DNA of 12,063 bases from a bacterium (GTDB taxonomy: Bacteria; Zhuqueibacterota; Zhuqueibacteria; Oceanimicrobiales; Oceanimicrobiaceae): the NCBI GenBank assembly GCA_046757165.1, contig JBHHXT010000149.1, positions 1-12,063 on the forward strand, read 5' to 3'. Of the stretch, positions 7,015-12,063 are shown one piece after another. Within the stretch, counting starts at the first letter, position 1. Every line of letters begins with the position of its first letter. The notes beneath the pieces were generated by a model. That model searched no databases and was not told where the DNA came from. It saw only the letters and a list, made by a program, of their open reading frames with translations. The position numbers were made by a program, and so were the translations under genes.

Positions 7015-9239
7015 ATCGACCAACCTCCAATAGTTCCGCCGTTGTCGATAATCAATTCCGACCAGGAACCATTCCATTCAGCGTCGATTCGGCTCTTCTG
7101 CGGGAGTTGGGAGAGCGGCTGGTCGGAAAGCCACACATTGCACTCGCCGAGCTGGTGAAGAACAGTTACGATGCCGACGCACGAAAAGTCATCATTCGTG
7201 TCCGGCCGGATGCGATCGAAATCCACGATAATGGTCACGGTATGAATTTCGATGAATTCGAGCATTTCTGGATGCGCATCGGCACTCCTCACAAGCAAGC
7301 CAAGCGCTATTCTCGCAATCTCGGCCGGCCGATGACGGGCTCGAAAGGCGTCGGTAGGCTTGCCGTCCAATTCTTAGCCGATAAAATCGAATTGCGCACC
7401 GTTTCCGAATATGACCCGGATATAGAGTTGATTGCCCGAGTCGACTGGAATGAAGCCGTACAGGCGGGTGAATTGACCAGGGCGGAAGCAAAATATGAAC
7501 AAATAGTAGGCGAAACGACTTTCCCTGATGCAAGCCCCCATGGCACGATTCTTTATTTATCCGGTTTGAAGCAAAACTGGTCAACTGATAACCTCATCGA
7601 TTTGGCAAGAGAGATCTGGTGGCTGCAGCCTCCTTTCAAGAATAGCACTTCGGATTCCTCAACGTCGTTTGTCGTAGAACTGGATTGTCAGGAAGAAGCT
7701 GCTGTACGCAATTTTGAAAAGCAGATGCGAGCATACCTCGATCTTTGGTACGCCCGAATTGTCGGTAGGCTGGTCAAAACGTCCGATGGTTCCACCGACT
7801 CCCATATTGTCCGCCTTTCTTTGCAGTTCGTGGATGAGTCCCCTATTACAATCGAGTATCCGGCGCCGAAATGTCAATTACACCAGGTTGATTTCGAGAT
7901 TAGAATCTTTCACTTGAAGCACCGGCAGAAGCACGGCATCAGGGTAGATGAAGCCAGAGAGTATCTGAATCAATATGGAGGAGTCCATGTCTACGATGCT
8001 GGCTTCCATTTGCCTTATTACGGCCCGGACACCGATTGGCTTGGGATCGAGCAGGACCATGCTCACCGTCTGTCGAGATCGAAGCTTTTGCCCGACAAGC
8101 TTCAAGTTCCCAAAGGGATGCAGTATCTCCCTACCCAGTCGCGAATTCTTGGAGTAGTCCACGTTGATACGCCAGGTGAACAGAAAAGTACATCGGCAAT
8201 GCGTGATCACGAAAGCGACCACTTAAGAATAGCGGTTACAAGGGACAGGCTCGTTAACAGCACTGCATTTCAGCAATTGCACGATATCGTTCGTTGGGCA
8301 ATAGATTTCTATGCGATGCAAGAAGCCGCTCGGGCCCACGAACGGGCGGAGCAAAAGAAGGAAGTCGAGCCCCTGACAGCGAAGTTCGAACGTGTTGAAG
8401 AAGTTTTGGAATACTATGCCAACAATATTCCACAGCCTGTTTATCAAGAGATCCGCAATCAAGTACAGGATGCTATCAAAGCTAGTGAAACCGAGGCAGA
8501 AGAGCTCGTACGACAGGCGGGATTGCTCGGCACGCTGGCCACGGCCGGTATCTCTGCTCTAGCTTTCGAGCACGAATTCAAGAAGCAGTTCACGATTTTG
8601 CAAAACCTGGTAAGCCGAATCGAAGCAATCGAAGTCCGGGAACCGGCGGCCAAAGATGCCATCAGCGAGATTACTCTGCAATTGAGCGACTGGATAGAAA
8701 AAGCAAGAGCAACTCGGACATTGTTTTCACCCTTTATGAACGAACAAGATCGGCAGCAACGAGCACGTTTCAAAGCCAAAGCCCTGATCGATCAAATTCG
8801 GAAACAGGTCGAGGTCTTGCTTCGCGGAATTCCCATTTCGACGGAGGGCATCGCGCAGGACGTACGCCTACCGGAAGGAACGAATGCGGAATGGAGCGCG
8901 CTTTTTCAGAATATTTTCATCAATGCCGTCAATGCCCTGCTCGATTCCAATCAGAGGCGTATGGCGGTCTCCTCGCGAATTCGTGGAAGAGCTCATGCGA
9001 TCATCGTTCAAGATACCGGTTGCGGCGTCAATCTGTCGAAGGCAGATGAGTTGTTCAAGCCATTCGTCCGGCGGCTCGAGATTTCGCCGGAACGCAGGCA
9101 ACTCGGTTATGGCGGCAGCGGGCTCGGTCTCACAATCGTTCGTATGATTGCTGAAAATCTGCACTGCAAAGTCGCATTCGTCGAACCGGACAAGACGTTC
9201 AGTACGGCTTTTCAACTTTCCTGGAGTGAAAAGAAATGA
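7011..9239 (+). CDS. MORC/MutL-type GHKL ATPase fused to a C-terminal soluble histidine kinase
   Basis: N-terminal GHKL: FSVDSALLRELGERLV, ALAELVKNSYDADA (7149-7175), IHDNGHGM (7227), WMRIGTPHK, GSKGVGRLAVQFLA (7338), HGTILYLSGL. Coiled-coil-like middle region. C-terminal kinase: H-box-like SALAFEHEFKKQ (His521, codon 8571), N-box LFQNIFINAVNAL, G1 VQDTGCGV, F-box LFKPF, G2 GGSGLGLTIVR. No TM segment or signal peptide is seen. ATGA overlap with the MTase stop, and GGAG at 6999-7002. Confidence 0.9.
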   Translation: MNRPTSNSSAVVDNQFRPGTIPFSVDSALLRELGERLVGKPHIALAELVKNSYDADARKVIIRVRPDAIEIHDNGHGMNFDEFEHFWMRIGTPHKQAKRYSRNLGRPMTGSKGVGRLAVQFLADKIELRTVSEYDPDIELIARVDWNEAVQAGELTRAEAKYEQIVGETTFPDASPHGTILYLSGLKQNWSTDNLIDLAREIWWLQPPFKNSTSDSSTSFVVELDCQEEAAVRNFEKQMRAYLDLWYARIVGRLVKTSDGSTDSHIVRLSLQFVDESPITIEYPAPKCQLHQVDFEIRIFHLKHRQKHGIRVDEAREYLNQYGGVHVYDAGFHLPYYGPDTDWLGIEQDHAHRLSRSKLLPDKLQVPKGMQYLPTQSRILGVVHVDTPGEQKSTSAMRDHESDHLRIAVTRDRLVNSTAFQQLHDIVRWAIDFYAMQEAARAHERAEQKKEVEPLTAKFERVEEVLEYYANNIPQPVYQEIRNQVQDAIKASETEAEELVRQAGLLGTLATAGISALAFEHEFKKQFTILQNLVSRIEAIEVREPAAKDAISEITLQLSDWIEKARATRTLFSPFMNEQDRQQRARFKAKALIDQIRKQVEVLLRGIPISTEGIAQDVRLPEGTNAEWSALFQNIFINAVNALLDSNQRRMAVSSRIRGRAHAIIVQDTGCGVNLSKADELFKPFVRRLEISPERRQLGYGGSGLGLTIVRMIAENLHCKVAFVEPDKTFSTAFQLSWSEKK

Positions 9240-10456
9240 GCAAAAAAAGAATTCTTGTCTATGACGACAATTCAGTTGTCGCGAAAGGATGGGCGGATAA
9301 ACTCGATAGAGCGCTCACGCCTTTGCGGGATTCTTTTGAAGTCACACACATATCCGTCAAAGCATTCGAAAGTTGTATTGCTGAACTTGAAAGACGCCGG
9401 AAACTCGCCAGAAAACAAGGCGAATACACCCGACAAGCGATCGAATTCGACAAGTCAGATATCCTCGTTCTCGACTACGATTTGCTGAATCCTGAAGCAG
9501 CTAACGAAGACGTCGAATATTCCATATCTGGAGAGGAGGTTGCCTATCTTGCTCGCTGTTATTCCCACTGCAGATTGATAGCCGGGCTGAATCGATTTGG
9601 CCAAAACACCTTCGACCTCACCCTAAAAGGACATCCGGAGTCCTATGCGGATCTGAACATCGGCGAAGATCACGTCGACAACAAGGGGCTTTGGTTCGAC
9701 GCGCCGTGGCACGAATTTCGACCCTGGTATTGGCCGGTCTTGCCACATACACTGGATGCATTCGAGAAGCGCGTCGACGAATTGAAAGCCAACGGCAATC
9801 TGGACAAACCGATACTCGGCTTCTTGGAGTTTCCCGAAGAAATCGTGCAAATCCTGCCGCGCTCCAGCCTGGAATTTATTTCCGTTCCAGATAGAAGGCC
9901 AGAAGAAACTACCTTTCATGAGTTCGTGCGGGCAACCGGGAACGGCTTGAAGCGAAAAGACCAACCTTGCGACGATGACTCGGTCGCCCGTATCGCCGCA
10001 GCGCGCATCGCGAAATGGCTGGAACGGCTGGTTTTGCCGGGACAGGACATTCTCGTCGACGCGCCGCACTTGCTGCTGCGTTATCCGAGTCTGCTGAAAG
10101 GTGACAGGAACAAACCCGAAACGTGGGACGCGATCGTTTCGATAACAGAACTCGATAAATTGAAACCGAAAATCGAAGATGAGAAAATCGAAGAATTCCG
10201 GTTCAAGAAGGATAATTGGCTTTCACGTCCGGCCTGGTTCTGGCATCAGGTGAGCAATTCGGACCAAATTGACGAAGTAAGGAATCCTTGGGCGACGGAG
10301 CGGCCCGATTTGGTATTCTGCGAGGACATATCGAAGTTCATGCAAAAGAGCGAAACGCAAGAATTTGTTGCTGAATTGCCATCACCTTTCGTGCGACGAT
10401 TTGTGAAAATTGAAAGGGCAGTCAGTTACAAACCTGGCGTTAGGTTTTCACTCTGA
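9236..10456 (+). CDS. Atypical response-regulator receiver domain protein with a large uncharacterised C-terminal region
   Basis: RILVYDDNS matches receiver beta1 plus the acidic pair. DILVLDYDL matches beta3 with a candidate phospho-acceptor Asp80 (codon 9473), and SGEEVAYLAR matches the G-x-E helix 3 pattern. ATGA overlap with the kinase gene, and GGAG at 9223-9226. About 280 remaining residues are not recognisable. Confidence 0.75.
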   Translation: MSKKRILVYDDNSVVAKGWADKLDRALTPLRDSFEVTHISVKAFESCIAELERRRKLARKQGEYTRQAIEFDKSDILVLDYDLLNPEAANEDVEYSISGEEVAYLARCYSHCRLIAGLNRFGQNTFDLTLKGHPESYADLNIGEDHVDNKGLWFDAPWHEFRPWYWPVLPHTLDAFEKRVDELKANGNLDKPILGFLEFPEEIVQILPRSSLEFISVPDRRPEETTFHEFVRATGNGLKRKDQPCDDDSVARIAAARIAKWLERLVLPGQDILVDAPHLLLRYPSLLKGDRNKPETWDAIVSITELDKLKPKIEDEKIEEFRFKKDNWLSRPAWFWHQVSNSDQIDEVRNPWATERPDLVFCEDISKFMQKSETQEFVAELPSPFVRRFVKIERAVSYKPGVRFSL

Positions 10457-10473
10457 GGCAATCGGGGGATGGG

Positions 10474-11337
10474 ATGCAAAGTGAAGTGACAGTCTTTCGG
10501 AAGTTGTTTTTGTGGCTTTGGGATTCCTGCAAGAAACCCTGGGAATTAAACGGAACTGCGCAGAAAATTTATGAACTCACTCCTACAAGAAATGCTCTGA
10601 TTGGTAAAGCCGAAGAACTCGAGGGATTATTGCCGCGTGAAGGTAAGGTTCAGTCGGATATGAGAAACCGTTTTCTCTATCTAGAACCACCTGAAGAAGG
10701 GCTGACTTTTGTTCCTGTATTGTCTATGAAATGTGACTTCGGGCGTAATGTTCCAGAGGTTCGCATTAAGATGGCTTTGTTTTTTCTCGATCAATGGGGA
10801 GCTTTACAAACGGTAGGTTTTCGCTATGAATCTCCAGAGGGCGCCGGAAGCACTCGTACGCATCATTACTATCACGTCCAACTCATAACCGGTTTTCACA
10901 AAAATGGAACATTTACACCCAATCAAGCGGGTTACCAAAACGAAATGAAACAAATTTTTTGGTCTACCGATATTCTCCCCACAAAACACCCCGCATTCCC
11001 TCTGGACGCAAATGATCCTGTCAAACTCCTCCTCTGTTTGCTGGTCAGCCTTTACGGATTGTCTTATATTGGGAGTTTGCGTAGTGAGAGCGGGTTAGGG
11101 GACGACTTGGAGGACTACTTGAAGGGCATGAACTTGGAAAAATTCGATCCAATCATGTGGTATTGGAAAGTCTCACCAGAAGATTCTTCAAGAAAGGGCT
11201 ACACAATTTACGATACCCAGAAAACTCCAGAAGAATTCAGAAAGATCATGCAAAGACAGCATCCAGGCCACAACATTGCGGGAATTACAAGAGAGGAATA
11301 CGAAAAAGAGCCTGAGAGAAAGCGCAAGACGTGCTGA
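10474..11337 (+). CDS. Hypothetical protein, last gene of the operon; candidate effector
   Basis: A 287-aa ORF starting 17 nt after the previous stop, preceded by G-rich RBS-like GGGGGATGGG. Contains GFRYESPEG (10816-10842), HHYYHVQ (10861-10881) and PAFPLDANDPVKLLLCLLVSLYG. No family is recognised with confidence. Confidence 0.75.
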   Translation: MQSEVTVFRKLFLWLWDSCKKPWELNGTAQKIYELTPTRNALIGKAEELEGLLPREGKVQSDMRNRFLYLEPPEEGLTFVPVLSMKCDFGRNVPEVRIKMALFFLDQWGALQTVGFRYESPEGAGSTRTHHYYHVQLITGFHKNGTFTPNQAGYQNEMKQIFWSTDILPTKHPAFPLDANDPVKLLLCLLVSLYGLSYIGSLRSESGLGDDLEDYLKGMNLEKFDPIMWYWKVSPEDSSRKGYTIYDTQKTPEEFRKIMQRQHPGHNIAGITREEYEKEPERKRKTC

Positions 11338-11461
11338 TTCGATACAACCCCACTGTTTTTCCATAATGCTCGTCATGCTTGATTAGTACTCTGTCTCACG
11401 CACAATAATACCACAGATAGATGAATAGCACACTACCATCCCGTCCCAAAGTCCTCTTAGT

Positions 11462-12063
11462 TTAACTAAGCCATTCTTTGAACGCTGTTTCTTTGTTCGT
11501 CTTGAAGCTTGAATATGCGAGAGCCACAGCTTGCCAAGTGTTTAGATTTCTATCACCACGCAGCGTCTTCACTCTGTTGAGGAGCTCAATGGCTTCATCA
11601 TATCTTTTTACTCCAATAAGACTGTACGCCAAAAAAGCCAGAACGTTAGGGTACTTGTGAATAGGTTGGCGGAACATGTCCCTCAAGATACTTGAAACAC
11701 TCGAGACTGCTTTTGTAGTGTCCTATTTTTAGAGGCGCTTTGCTCAAATGGATTGCTGCATCAATTTCATCACTCGAAACCAGCTTTTGGAGCATGTGAA
11801 GAATCTCTTTGATCGACCCTCTTGGGTCTACTTGAGCAGCCTCTTGCCTTAAGTCTAACCGTTCAACTTTTTTTCTTATTAGACTCAAGAAACTTGTATC
11901 TTCTCTAAAGTCGGACGGGCTATACAACCCTTCACGCTTAAACCACAATGTTATGAAGAAAAGAATGGCAATTGTGGATGGAAAAAGAATGACGAACCAG
12001 ACAAAATAGACTGTATATTGAGAATCATTCTCCAACATGAACTCAATGATATCGTAGAAATGG
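11462..12063 (-). pseudogene. Membrane-anchored TPR-like protein, apparently split by a frameshift (pseudogene or sequencing error), 5' end outside the window
   Basis: Frame A (open from the window edge through 12038 to a stop at 11646) gives the TM segment VYFVWFVILFPSTIAILFFITLWF, then LYSPSDFREDTSFL, then a TPR-like DAAIHLSKAPLKIGHYKSSLECFKYL. Overlapping frame B (11686-11462) gives a second TPR-like YPNVLAFLAYSLIGVKRYDEAIELLNRVK. A single-base shift in about 11646-11722 would join the two frames. Confidence 0.55.

Noticed and set aside
5293..11337. Calling the operon a classical Type II R-M, BREX, DISARM or Dnd system
   Set aside because: No recognisable PD-(D/E)xK or HNH restriction enzyme, PglZ/BrxC, DrmA/B helicase or Dnd genes are present in the window.
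11338..11461. Possible bidirectional terminator or att site between the convergent genes
   Set aside because: No convincing stem-loop was found, no repeat matches the left boundary at 5139-5292, and no integrase, transposase or tRNA is in the window.
1..12063. Inferring the MTase target from site avoidance (for example CCWGG)
   Set aside because: CCAGG/CCTGG occurs repeatedly in both the HTCS and the operon, and 12 kb read by eye is too little to detect avoidance.

Overview
Bacterial DNA with three parts. (1) 2-5138 (+): the C-terminal TolB/PD40-type beta-propeller of a gene cut by the window edge, then a complete hybrid two-component regulator (periplasmic beta-propellers, Y_Y_Y, TM, HisKA, HATPase, REC, AraC). 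(2) 5293-11337 (+): a compact four-gene operon that looks like a signalling-coupled, restriction-modification-like defence system. It encodes a Vsr endonuclease fused in frame to a C5-cytosine DNA methyltransferase, a MORC/MutL-type GHKL ATPase fused to a soluble histidine kinase, an atypical receiver protein with a large unrecognised output region, and a lower-GC hypothetical protein with an R-Y-E...H-x3-H motif (candidate effector). The first three genes are joined by ATGA overlaps, and no canonical restriction endonuclease is recognisable. (3) 11462-12063 (-): a convergent, AT-rich membrane-anchored TPR-like gene that appears frameshifted and runs off the window. No RNA genes, CRISPR arrays or transposases were seen. 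All calls come from motif reading by eye, without database searches.
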